Shown here in pieces: positions 12,019-24,100 of a stretch of 64,000 nucleotides of DNA. The translations under genes were made by a program, and so were the position numbers. Every line of letters starts with the position of its first letter. The first letter of the stretch is position 1. Origin of the DNA: Octopus bimaculoides (taxonomy: Eukaryota); assembly GCF_001194135.2 (NCBI RefSeq), contig NC_068984.1, positions 129,044,004 to 129,108,003 on the forward strand. The letters are read 5' to 3'. Below the pieces are notes generated by a model that saw only the letters and a list, made by a program, of their open reading frames with translations, did no database searches and had not been told where the DNA came from.

Positions 12019-12722
12019 NNNNNNNNNNNNNNNNNNNNNNNNNNNNNNNNNNNNNNNNNNNNNNNNNNNNNNNNNNNNNNNNNNNNNNNNNNNNNNNNNN
12101 NNNNNNNNNNNNNNNNNNNNNNNNNNNNNNNNNNNNNNNNNNNNNNNNNNNNNNNNNNNNNNNNNNNNNNNNNNNNNNNNNNNNNNNNNNNNNNNNNNNN
12201 NNNNNNNNNNNNNNNNNNNNNNNNNNNNNNNNNNNNNNNNNNNNNNNNNNNNNNNNNNNNNNNNNNNNNNNNNNNNNNNNNNNNNNNNNNNNNNNNNNNN
12301 NNNNNNNNNNNNNNNNNNNNNNNNNNNNNNNNNNNNNNNNNNNNNNNNNNNNNNNNNNNNNNNNNNNNNNNNNNNNNNNNNNNNNNNNNNNNNNNNNNNN
12401 NNNNNNNNNNNNNNNNNNNNNNNNNNNNNNNNNNNNNNNNNNNNNNNNNNNNNNNNNNNNNNNNNNNNNNNNNNNNNNNNNNNNNNNNNNNNNNNNNNNN
12501 NNNNNNNNNNNNNNNNNNNNNNNNNNNNNNNNNNNNNNNNNNNNNNNNNNNNNNNNNNNNNNNNNNNNNNNNNNNNNNNNNNNNNNNNNNNNNNNNNNNN
12601 NNNNNNNNNNNNNNNNNNNNNNNNNNNNNNNNNNNNNNNNNNNNNNNNNNNNNNNNNNNNNNNNNNNNNNNNNNNNNNNNNNNNNNNNNNNNNNNNNNNN
12701 NNNNNNNNNNNNNNNNNNNNNN

Positions 12723-13052
12723 CGATTCCCAGACCGGGCGTTGTGAGTGTTTATTGAGCAAAATCACCTAAAGCTCCACGAGGCTCCGGCAGGGGATGGT
12801 GGCGAACCCAGCTGTACTCTTTCACCACAACTTTCTCTCACTCTTACTTCCTGTTTCCGTTGTTCCTGTAATTCAAAGGGTCAGCCTTGTCACACTGTGT
12901 CACGCTGAATATCCCCGAGAACTACGTTAAGGGTACACGTGTCTGTGGAGTGCTCAGCCACTTGCACGTTAATTTCACGAGCAGGCTGTTCTGTTGATCG
13001 GATCAACTGGAACCCTCGACGTCGTAAGCGATGGAGTGCCAACAACAACAAC
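12723..13052 (+). mobile_element. SINE family C1 (head lost in gap), (ACA)n tail
   Basis: Near-identical to 14656-14963 and to the reverse complement of 37745-38084. Confidence 0.9.
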
Positions 13053-13439
13053 GTTCTGAGTTATAATTCCGTCGAGCTTATCCTTTCAAGGTCCACAAAA
13101 TATCTGTCAGTCACGCTCTGGAGATGGGATGGTTAATATAATCGACTAAGCTCATCCCTCAAAATTTCAGACTTCGTGCCTGTTGTGAAAAGAATTATAC
13201 TGCCAGGAAAACTCTACATTTTGTCAAAATATCTGCCACCATAAAAAAGAGAGCCTACTGGTTCATTAGAAATCAGCATGGGATCGTTCAACAGCAGTTT
13301 GAATATCCCACATACCTTTCACTCAAGAATAATTCATAGCCACATATACAAGCCTTTATTGAAACGACAGGTAAGATTTTTTTACAATGCCGATGGTATT
13401 ATATTATACAAATTTATTTTTAAATTAATCAGTTCTTTA

Positions 13440-13667
13440 TTTACATTATTTACAATTGACGAATATTTGCCCCCATCTTGTTTGTTGTTAACACAACGTT
13501 TCAGCTGATATACTCTCGAGCCTTCATCGGGTGTCTTGGGGAAATTTCGAACCTGGGTTCTCATTCCTAAGGTATTTTTCGATGTTGTTGTTGTTATTAT
13601 TATTATTATTATTATTATTTAGTAGCCCGGGCTCTAAACCACTACGCCATATGCCCACGGGCATATG
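13440..13667 (-). mobile_element. tRNA-headed element with Penelope-like tail and degenerate hammerhead motif
   Basis: Element strand: 5' palindrome CATATGCCCGTGGGCATATG, A box TGGCGTAGTGG, (AAT)n(AAC)n, then AGACAC-CCGATGA-A-GGCTC..CAGCT-GAAA-CG-TT-GTGTT. Confidence 0.65.
13490..13536 (-). ncRNA. Degenerate minimal type I hammerhead ribozyme motif (core CCGAUGA, probably inactive)
   Basis: Stem I ACAC/GUGU, core CUGAUGA with a U4C change, imperfect stem II, GAAA, loopless palindromic stem III (ACGU), GUU triplet. This is the architecture known from Penelope-like element hammerheads. Confidence 0.5.
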
Positions 13668-13826
13668 CTTAGCGGTTCAGCAAAAGAGCCGATAAAATAT
13701 GTACTAGGCTTAAAACAATATGTCCTGGAGTCAATATGTCCTGGAGTGCTCCAGCATGGCCGCAGTCAAATGACTGAAACAAGTAAAAGAATAACAGAAT
13801 ATATATATATATACACACATATATAC

Positions 13827-13857
<31 letters not shown>

Positions 13858-14655
13858 TGTGTCTGACCAGTAAACCGACGTCCAAATTAGTGTATAGTTT
13901 ATATATATAACATATTTCTAAACCTGGACAGAAAATATTGACTCTAGTTCCAAAGCTGCCAGTTTATTAATGAAAATAACGAAGTAAAGCAGAAACGAAA
14001 AAAAATAATACCTACAAATGTTGGCCTTGACTTCGTTTCTCAACACACTTCTGTTAAAGAAATCTAACGCAATACTACATAATCAATAAGGTCACTGGGT
14101 TAATCCTCATAACGTAACGCTACTTCTTCAATATAGGAAAAATGTATTGCAAAGAAATATTGAAACTACCAAGCTGGCAGCTATCATTCGCTTTTATGAA
14201 TATTTTTAGAGACGTCATTAAACACGTTGTATCAAATATTATAGTATAGATACACGTCTCTTACATTTCATTAAAATTAAATGTCTACAACATACGGTAT
14301 ANNNNNNNNNNNNNNNNNNNNNNNNNNNNNNNNNNNNNNNNNNNNNNNNNNNNNNNNNNNNNNNNNNNNNNNNNNNNNNNNNNNNNNNNNNNNNNNNNNN
14401 NNNNNNNNNNNNNNNNNNNNNNNNNNNNNNNNNNNNNNNNNNNNNNNNNNNNNNNNNNNNNNNNNNNNNNNNNNNNNNNNNNNNNNNNNNNNNNNNNNNN
14501 NNNNNNNNNNNNNNNNNNNNNNNNNNNNNNNNNNNNNNNNNNNNNNNNNNNNNNNNNNNNNNNNNNNNNNNNNNNNNNNNNNNNNNNNNNNNNNNNNNNN
14601 NNNNNNNNNNNNNNNNNNNNNNNNNNNNNNNNNNNNNNNNNNNNNNNNNNNNNNN

Positions 14656-14963
14656 GTGAGTGTTTATTGAGCGAAATCACCTAAAGCTCCACGAGGCTCC
14701 GGCAGGGGATGGTGGCGAACCCTGCTGTACTCTTTCACCACAACTTTCTCTCACTCTTACTTCCTGTTTCTGTTGTGCCTGTAATTCAAAGGGCCAGCCT
14801 TGTCACTCTGTGTCACGCTGAATATCCCCGAGAACTACGTTAAGGGTACACGTGTCTGTGGAGTGCTCAGCCACTTGCACGTTAATTTCACGAGCAGGCT
14901 GTTCCGTTGATCGAATCCACTGGAACCCTCGTCGTCGTAAGCGACGGAGTGCCAACAACAACA
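14656..14963 (+). mobile_element. SINE family C1
   Basis: Near-identical to 12723-13052. Confidence 0.9.
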
Positions 14964-15696
14964 ATCCCGATCAAGCAAATCAAACGTATTCAGACACACA
15001 CACGCACTCACACACACAGTCCCGTTTCGTTTCTGTTAGAAGATTTATTAAGAAGTACATTTAACGTGTCTTTGACTTTTAAGATGATAAGGTGCAGTTT
15101 GAGAGATGTGGTGCATTTCTGCTCTGCCGTTTTATTTAATGCTAACATATTTAACATCAGACATTTTATTCTCTCTACCCTACCCCTCCCCATTTGCATC
15201 TATGATCATACTTCGTTTTATATGTATGGGGAGAAGCAAAGTATTTATTTCAATCGTGGTCAATAAATAAGTAAGTTGAATATCCAGTCAGACATGTGAA
15301 ATTGTCAGCGTTCAAACTACCACGCCCAGTCGTTTAACTCCGAGGTGATACAGAGCTGTTGAATTAAATAGGCTGGACAACATAGTAGAGCTTTTCTGCT
15401 ATCTAGTAATTTATAGTTATTATTAATTTTGCTGTTAAGCTTCAGGTCTTCATCGGCTTCTGGAGAACTTTGACCCAAATCGTTCTTATTGTTTTATTAC
15501 CCACACCGAGCTAAACATAAAAGGGACAAATAAGGACAGACAAAGTGATTAAGTTGATTAGATCGACCCCAGTGCGCAACAAGTATTGCATTCATAGCAG
15601 TAGAGTATGCGGCTTGAAAGAGGAATATAGCAGTTAATGTGTTCCAGGCCAATACCGGCTACATTTTAAACAGAACTTTAATGGTATGGAGCTCAC

Positions 15697-15750
15697 CTTT
15701 CTCGTAGGGCCTGCAAAGATCATGGACAATACTCTTTCTTCTGGACTCAG
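15697..15750 (-). CDS. Candidate internal exon, 54 nt (phase 1: xESRRKSIVHDLCRPYEKx; phase 0: LSPEERVLSMIFAGPTRK)
   Basis: Minus strand reads GTTTTGTTAG|CTGAGT...GAGAAAG|GTGAGC. Multiple of 3, unique sequence. Confidence 0.3.
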
Positions 15751-17111
15751 CTAACAAAACGCCAAGCGACTGCGTAAGGGATTTCTCAGATATTGTGATG
15801 TATTGTTACAGGAATATTCTTTTATATGATATATATATACTGACACTCCGTCGGTTACGACAACGAGTGTACTAGTTGATCAGATCAACAGAATAGCCTG
15901 CTCGGGAAATAAACGTGCAAGTAGTTGAGCACTCCACAAACACGTGTACACTTAACGTAATTTTCAAGGAGACTTAAAGCGACACAGAATATGACAAGGT
16001 TGGCCCTTTGAAATACAGGTACTACTCATTTTTTGCCAGTAGAGTGCACTGGAGCGATATGAAATAAAAGAGTCTTGCACAAGGACACAACGCGCCGCCG
16101 AGAATCGAACTTATAGCCTTAAGATAGTGAGCCAAATACCCTAACCACTAACCCACTCGCTTTCATGTACAAAGACACGCCAAAATTTTCCAATATTTTA
16201 TATGTGTGCGTATGTGAGTGCAAGTGTATGTATGTATGTATGTGTGCGCGTGCACACGGGTGTGTTTGTTATTTTCAAGTTGTCATTAAGTTTCAATATA
16301 AAATATCTATTATTTTTCAACCAGGCATTAAATTTCAATACTGAACTGTTTTGATTAAAAGACGGTAAAGCTTAAAGATCAACGCTGCTCCTTGAAATAG
16401 AAGAAATGTATTTGACAAGCTATTTCCTTGTCGTTTAAAATGGTAATTCTCTATAAACCAAGTGAAAGAAGATTGAGTCTATCGCTTATAGTGTTTAATT
16501 GAGTATTTAGGTGAAGAAGATTTTTAAACTTTCAGATAGATGATACATCTTTTTAAAAAGAAAATGTCGTTTCATATTAATGTTAATATTCATTGTGGTT
16601 TGTTTCCAAATATCTTGGAAATTAGCAAAAAAAACAATAAACTATTTGATAATTTTATTTTTGTACACCACATTACTGAACAGCAAAACAATTTTTATCT
16701 CCAAGACACATACATAAATAACTTTGTTTTTCCATCAACATTCTGCTTTTATGTGATATTTCTTTTGTTTTTGTTTACCAAGCAGATTTTTTTTTATCTC
16801 CATTTAAATTACAATAGATATGTCAGTCAAACTTTCATGTCATACTATATCAGTTGTGTTTTGCACAGTTTGGCATTCGCAATTTTCCAACTATATTACA
16901 AAAAAAAAAAAAAACTTTTATCTTTTACTTTTTGCAGCCATTGTACTACCAGTCATGCTGGGGCACCACCTTGAATAATTTAGTCGAACAAATCGACTGC
17001 AGCATTTTTATTTTAAGTTTGGTAATTATTTTACCATTCTGTTCGCCGAACCGCTAAGTTAAGGAGGACGTAAACAAACTAACACCCGTTGTCAAGCGTT
17101 GTCCTTTTTCA

Positions 17112-17539
17112 TCAGGGTCGTGCAGATCGTCGTGCTATGTCCACTGCATGCATTCCTCTCTCATGTTTATCAATGATTTCCTTTTTCAATTTTATCGTTA
17201 TCAGCTTTTTCTTCTCGGTACTGTCCTTTGCACTAATCTTCTTAGGACCCAAGGCTAACACAATTAATTATTATAAAATAATAGCGAAAACACACAAAAC
17301 AAAAACAAAACACTGGGAAAAACACAATTGAGATGCTGCCACATGTAAACTGAGCAAGCGGAGGCTGCGTTTGTTGGGAGAGCGTGTGCGAGCTCAGCGC
17401 CAACTAGCGGTCACTTGTATGAAACTCGCTCTTACCGCTGATTTCCGCTCGTACTTCAAGACAAAAAATCGCACGAGCCTCGGCTCGTACACCAAATTAC
17501 TCGGACTATGATGCACTCGTGCAGCGAGGTTCTCTACTG
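17112..17539 (-). mobile_element. 5' end of a Tigger/pogo DNA transposon with transposase relic (17252-17112: xGPKKISAKDSTEKKKLITIKLKKEIIDKHERGMHAVDIARRSARP*)
   Basis: TIR-like CAGTAGAGAACCTCG at 17539. The translation resembles the CENP-B-type N-terminal HTH of Tigger transposases. Start codon mutated to TTG and early stop. Confidence 0.75.
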
Positions 17540-18233
17540 CATATATAACGCAACCAATTTTAAACACCAAATACACGTAGATGAGGGCCTTACAATTGCC
17601 CATGGTTGCATGTGTTGTTCACACATATGATGCGGAATATGAACGTAAATAAATTAATTAAAAAGTCTCTATCTGATCTGATATAAACGAAATTGTTACA
17701 AACACACATATGGACGCACATACTTACATATAAGCACGAACACATAAGTGCGTGCACACATATGAGCGTGCACACATACGAGCTTGCACACATTCACATG
17801 CTCATACCAAACAGTTTCGAAACAACGCCAAAACAACGCCAGATCATACATTCAAAATAAATGGAAGTGGAGAGACAAGTTACTGAAGAGATTGCAAGAG
17901 TGCAATGAAATAATTTAACAAAAAACTATATAAATTAATAAAGGACTGAACCAGTGCGTGTGTTTATNNNNNNNNNNNNNNNNNNNNNNNNNNNNNNNNN
18001 NNNNNNNNNNNNNNNNNNNNNNNNNNNNNNNNNNNNNNNNNNNNNNNNNNNNNNNNNNNNNNNNNNNNNNNNNNNNNNNNNNNNNNNNNNNNNNNNNNNN
18101 NNNNNNNNNNNNNNNNNNNNNNNNNNNNNNNNNNNNNNNNNNNNNNNNNNNNNNNNNNNNNNNNNNNNNNNNNNNNNNNNNNNNNNNNNNNNNNNNNNNN
18201 NNNNNNNNNNNNNNNNNNNNNNNNNNNNNNNNN

Positions 18234-18296
<63 letters not shown>

Positions 18297-18481
18297 ATAT
18301 AAAGTGTTTTGGTGCCTTCCACTAGAGACCCTGGACGACAAAATCCTTGTGGGTGAACTTGGTAGACACAATTTGCGACACAGGTGCACGTAACATACAC
18401 TTTTGAAAAGCAAGTGTGAAATCGGTAAAGTGTATGCACGTATGCATGTATGTATGTATGTATGTATGTATGTATGCATGC

Positions 18482-18546
<65 letters not shown>

Positions 18547-18589
18547 NNNNNNNNNNTCTGTCTGTCTGTCTATTTGTCTGTCTATCTGC

Positions 18590-18621
<32 letters not shown>

Positions 18622-19149
18622 TTATCTATTTATCTACTTCTCTACCTGTCTACATACATACATACCCCTCACACGCACACACACGCATATATATATATAT
18701 ATATATATATGAAGAAAGAGAGAAAAAGACAGAGAATAATTAGATTTTCATCACCTCACAAAACAGAAACAAAAAAATACAGGGAAAAGATATAAAAAGC
18801 CAGCAGTACGTAGAGTCATTTAGCTTCGGAAACAGAGAAGCGTAAAACAAAGATATCCGATGTTGATCAAGATGGTCAATTTATTTTTTCATACATTATT
18901 AATTTAATCAGGACAGATGACAGATAGCGAACACAAGTCATGAAAAATATATTGTTTAATAGAATATATATTGTATAATAAAACTTTCAGTGAAACACAG
19001 CTTAAGCATGATAACACACAGCAACCAATAAAAGATATGAAATAATTAGATGGCAAAAATATACCAGTTCATATTTCAGAAAAGTTTTTATGCAGGCAAT
19101 TATTACTTTATGTTATAGTTCAAATGTTTAATCAAAATTGTCGTTCTTA

Positions 19150-19528
19150 TCTTTTATCTTTTTTTTACCACTTTCAGTCATTGGAGTGTGACCGTGCTGG
19201 GGCTTTACCTTGAAGGTTTTCGTCGAACAAGTCGATTCTAGTACTCATTTTAAAGTCTGGTGCTTATCCTATCGTTCTCTTTTGCCGAACCGCAATGGTT
19301 CGTTAAGGGGGTGAGATCAATCCAACACCAGTTGTTAAGCAGTGTGTGTGTGTGTGTGTATAATGCCACGGGCTTCCAGCACAGTTTCCGTCCACCGCAT
19401 TCACTCACAAGGTACTTGTTGGCCCGGTACTGTAGTAGAAAACATTTACCCAAAGCGCCACGCATTGGGACTGAACCCAAAACCATGTGGTTGAAAAGCA
19501 AGCTTCTTAAATACAGTAATGCCTGCGT
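19150..19528 (-). mobile_element. SINE family A, near full length
   Basis: Reverse complement of the 3097-3507 family. Confidence 0.85.
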
Positions 19529-19784
19529 AAATTTTTTCATAAATGCTTTTAAAAAAAATCTTGACAATTGTTTTTATGGATAAAGGAAACTTTCTCACAG
19601 TGTACGGAAGCATGGTATGTTGATTGTATATTATATAAAATAATGTATAAGTATTTGCAACAGGTTTGTCCTAATGTGTGTACGTTCGAATGCTTATGGC
19701 GAATCAAGACATCGTGTGACGGAGAGTAATAAAATTAAGCAAAACAAAATTTCTCTTGTATATCTGCGAGAATATTTTCTTATT

Positions 19785-20197
19785 AGAAGGCGTCGAGCTG
19801 GCAGAATCGTTAGCACGCCGGGCGAAATGCTTAGCGGTATTCCGCTGCCGTTACGTTCTGAGTTCAAATTCTGCCGAAGTCGACATTGCCTTTTATCCTT
19901 TCTGGGTCGATAAATTAAGTACCAGTTACGCACTGGAGTCGATGAAATCGTCTTAATTCCTTTGTCTGTCCTTGTTTGTCCCCTCTATGTTTAGCCCCTT
20001 GTGGGCAATAAAGAAATAAGAAATGTTAGCACGCCGGACGAAATGCTTAGCAGTATTTCGTCTGTCTTTACTTTCTGAGTTCAAAATTCCGTCGAGGTCA
20101 ACTTTGCCACAAATCCTTTCGGGCTCGATAAATTAAGTACCAGTTGCGTACTGGGGTAGATCTAATCGACAGGCTCCCTCCCCAAAAAGAGTAGAAA
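19785..20197 (+). mobile_element. Dimeric SINE family B insertion with 16-bp target-site duplication
   Basis: AGAATATTTTCTTATT at 19769-19784 and 20198-20213 flanks two head-to-tail B monomers. Confidence 0.85.
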
Positions 20198-21528
20198 AGA
20201 ATATTTTCTTATTGTGTGTGTTTCTATGGAGGAAAGCTTCTTTTAGTGTATAAAAGCAGTTTATTTTAAGTTTATGCTTTTGAAAGTTTATACTGGTTTT
20301 CGAAAGTGCGTTCTTTTCGTTATATGTATGACTATACGTATAGAAAAGCATATCATAATGTATAAAGACATGAAATCTTCATCAAGGCTTAGGTATGAAT
20401 GTGGAGTTAAGAAGTTCGTTTCACAACCACACAATTTCATTCTCAATCCCAACGCGTGACACCTTCGGAAGGCGTCTTCTACTATAGTCCTGAATTGGCT
20501 CATAATCTGTAAATGAATTTCGCAGACGAAACTTGTGTATCCTAGTGAGTAATTTACCAACCTGAAAGGAAGAAAGTGTAGTCGACCGCTACCGGATTTA
20601 TCTCAGAGAGCTAAATGAAAAAAGAAACTAACTTTCATACAACTCTTCGTCTGCCGCAAGACGAACACAACATACTCATTTAGCCTAATATCGATTTCTA
20701 ACTTATGCATAAGATGATAAATTTGGGATAGAAAGTACTTGAATATATCGGTCCGAGAAGTTGAGTGGAATTTTAATTTTATCGAGCCTAGAAGGAAAAG
20801 ACGATATTCACAGGATTTGAATTCAGAATGTGAAAAACAGAAACAAAAACTGCTGAAGCAATTACTGATGCTTTAACGTATCTGTCACTCTACCGATCTC
20901 ACTTCGTTTAGTATTAAATAATATTAAGCTACTATTTTTAACCACAATGAAAGATTTATATATCTACCGTGAATTTATTGTGCAAATCGTACCTGTGATA
21001 ACGTATTGGGAAAAAGTAATCTTCTTCGTCGTTTAATATAATAAACCCATGTTCCATCAACTTTATAATAGTTGCCCACTTTTATCGCTTTTATCGCTTA
21101 ATATTGGCTGTTTATCATTTTCATCATTGCCTATATATTACAAATGGAATTCCCTGGTTGTAGATATGTTTGTATCACATTGGATAATTTTTATATAAAG
21201 TATAGAATGAATTAATGAAAATTTACGGCCATAATGTTTGATATTGTTCTAGCGCAGAAAGGAAAATAGGTTTCATTTGTTTTAGAAATGTTTCACAATG
21301 GATTGCACAAAAGTTGTGCTTGATTTATAACCACTGTGGTTTTATGGACACATAAAGAAGATATTAATGTGACATAAAAATATGTTTTTTTAATGTTTCC
21401 TATTTAGCAGTATATCTTGATTGTTTCAACGATAGGGAATTACGAATACTCATTCGTTCATAATATACAAATTTCGTCAACGATTTTCTTTCTACTGCAG
21501 TAAATTAAATCTGTCATGAAACCACCAT

Positions 21529-21573
<45 letters not shown>

Positions 21574-22048
21574 CTACATGTGTAAATCTGTATGCGTTAA
21601 TTGATGGAAATTGACGGAAGTCGTATGTCTAAAGTAGTTTACACCAAGTCTTGAAATGCTTAGCTCACGAAAGTAGCATCATACCTTCAAGGCAGCTGCT
21701 TGCTAGAATTTTTTTATTTCATTATTCTATAAATCATACATCTTACAATCAAGGTTTTCTTTCATTACACTTTCTTTTTTTTTATTAACCTCCAGTCATG
21801 TGAATCACAAGCAATTGATTCGGTGTAGCTCTGTTATGCTTCTAAATTCTAGGTCATTCTTCTCTGGGAAGCGATACAAGAATGACTTCAATCAATAATA
21901 TGCTTTTTATATCTAATGCAATGTTTGGTATCTTGCTCCTTTCTACTCCTTTGTATGAGTGGAGGCAAAAATAGTCTGAGCTTCGAATCTTACCAGAGTC
22001 GTCGTACTAAGATCAATATAAATATAGGTTAAATCTATCATCATCATT

Positions 22049-22120
<72 letters not shown>

Positions 22121-22381
22121 GTTCAGTAGTTTTATTTTTATAACGTGCTTTCACTTCACTACCGAGCGCAGCTCTGTGCGCCTTGGGTATGTGCTGTGGT
22201 TTGCTGTGGTGCTCTTATGTTTACTGTATTGAAAGTGTTTTGCGTAGAATGTGTGCAGTACCCAGTAGTGCAATTTTCTGTATGTTATATATATTTGTAA
22301 GTCCTGGTATTTTCGTTATGTATTTGTCTGAATATTTTTTTATTATACCTAAGGCACCTACTATGATAGGAATTGTTTCTG

Positions 22382-22387
<6 letters not shown>
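22121..22387 (-). mobile_element. 3' end of an R4/Dong-type RLE non-LTR retrotransposon, family 1 (KTETIPIIVGALGIIKKYSDKYITKIPGLTNIYNIQKIALLGTAHILRKTLSIQ*)
   Basis: Typical C-terminal IVGALG...LLGTAHILRK motif, stop at 22223-22221, (ATT)n on both sides. Confidence 0.85.
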
Positions 22388-22417
<30 letters not shown>

Positions 22418-22423
22418 ACTGAA

Positions 22424-22640
22424 GGCGGCGGACTGGCAGAATCGCTAGCACGCCAGGCAAAATCTTTAGTGGCATTCCATCCATGTTCTGAGTTCAAATT
22501 CCGTAGAGGTTGACCTTGCCTTTAATCCTTTCTGGGTCGATAAAGTAAGTACCAGTTAAGTGCTGGGGGTCGATGTATTCGACTCATCTCCTCTCCGAAA
22601 TTGTTGGCCTTGTGGCAAAATTTGAAACCATTATTATTAT
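22424..22640 (+). mobile_element. Full-length SINE family B with (ATT)n tail
   Basis: ggcggcggactggcagaatcg...tttgaaaccattattatt. Confidence 0.9.
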
Positions 22641-23180
22641 TCTGTGACGAAAACTCAGCTTATTTTGCTGAGTATGATGGGAAGTGTCAGCTGCCCACAG
22701 CTGGCAGACTAAGGTGACACTTGTTTACTGTTCATGCTTCAAGAACTCTGCGAAGAATTCTTGCAGTTCCAAGTAATGCTGATTGTTGTAGGTGTTCTAT
22801 TTTTACATTTGTACCAATCGTTTTGAACCATACTTCAAGCGCGCCAATTACTATTGGCATCACGTCTACTCTCCTCATTGACCACAACCTTCGTATTTCC
22901 CACTTCAAACCGTCGTAGTTGCTCAGTTTGTCTTCTTTCTCTTTGATTCTTTTGTCACCGGAACATATTATGTCGATTATCATGCATGTTCTTTCTCCTT
23001 TTTTTTTCACCACAACAATGTCCGGTTTCCGATGTCCGGTCAAGTTATGGCACTGAATTATTGCATCCCACAGGAATTTACAATTATCATTCACGGTGAC
23101 TCGTTCTGGGGTTTGCTCATACCACGGCTTTTCTTTTTGGAGTCCTTGATTTCCACAGAGCTCCCAATGGATCATTCTTG
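22640..23180 (-). pseudogene. R4/Dong-type LINE fragment, family 2: restriction-like endonuclease domain (ORF 23175-22732)
   Basis: IHWELC...W...P...LWD..I.....HRKPDIVVV...CMIIDI..SGD....KE..K...Y..L..EI.RLW...V.V.PIVIGAL...LLGTARILRRVL. PD-(x)-D-(x)-K nuclease signature. 3' UTR ends in (AAT)n. Confidence 0.9.
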
Positions 23181-23311
23181 AGCATGTTTACACTGCACTA
23201 ACCTACTTAACTGTATACCTTGGATAGGTGCAATATTTTATTTGGGTTTTGTCTTTCCATTGTAATTAAAATACAATGAAAATAGAAGAGCAAGGAAAAT
23301 GTAGAATATTT

Positions 23312-23515
23312 TCAGTACCCTACATAATAAACATGTGCAGTGCTTGGTAATGCTGTTTTCAATGTATGTTTTGTATATTTGTAAATCTGATGGATTTGGG
23401 ATAGTAATTTGTCTGCTTCATTCTTAATCATACCCAAGGCAGTTATTATTATAGTTCCAACATTCTTAATCATCTCCAAGGTAGGTATTACGTATGGTGT
23501 TTCCAACATTCTAGT
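23312..23515 (-). mobile_element. Older degenerate R4/Dong family 1 3' fragment
   Basis: IIITALGMIKNEADK...TALPSTAHV resembles 22121-22387. Confidence 0.6.
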
Positions 23516-23814
23516 TAATTGTTTTTCTACATGCTTGGATATGACTACATTTCTTCTAAAGATACTTTTCGTGCTGCCTTACAAATAGTGTCTCGAGGGA
23601 TCAGATTTCTGAGGAACACTATCAAAAGCTTCCTTGTTTTCAAACTATATCATTCTCAAATCCTTCTTTCTTTTTATGTATTCTACGGCTATAACTTTTT
23701 GAGCAGTAATTTACCTTTACTGTCACATATACTTATGCAGTACCCTCCACCTCTTCTAGAAACAGGTTTACCTTTTTCTTTGTATGTATGTTTGCCATCT
23801 GCAATATTATAGCA

Positions 23815-24100
23815 CTTGCAAGAGCTGGCAGAATCTTGAGCATGTTTGACGAAATGATTAGCAGTATTTCATCTATCTTTACGTTAATGCGGTGATCTGA
23901 CAGAATCGTTAGCATGCCGGACACAATGCTTAACAGCATTTCATCTGTCTTTGGGTTTTGAGTTTAAATTCTACCGAGGCCGACTTTGCCTTTTATCTTT
24001 TCGGGATTGATAAAATAAGTACCAGTCGAGCACCGGGATCGATGTAATCGTCTTAACCCCTCCTCGAAATTGCTGGCCTCGTGCCAAAATTTGAAATCAA
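23815..24100 (+). mobile_element. SINE family B with duplicated head
   Basis: The head motif gcagaatc..agcatg...gaaatg.ttag occurs twice before the core and tail. Confidence 0.75.

Noticed and set aside
13278-13370. + strand ATG to CAG|GTAAGA block (MGSFNSSLNIPH...)
   Set aside because: Good donor but poor acceptor, and the peptide is not recognisable.
21162-21183. AGATATGTTTGTATCACATTGG, resembling the 5' end of miR-190
   Set aside because: Only the first ~11 nt match and there is no complementary 3p arm to form a pre-miRNA hairpin.
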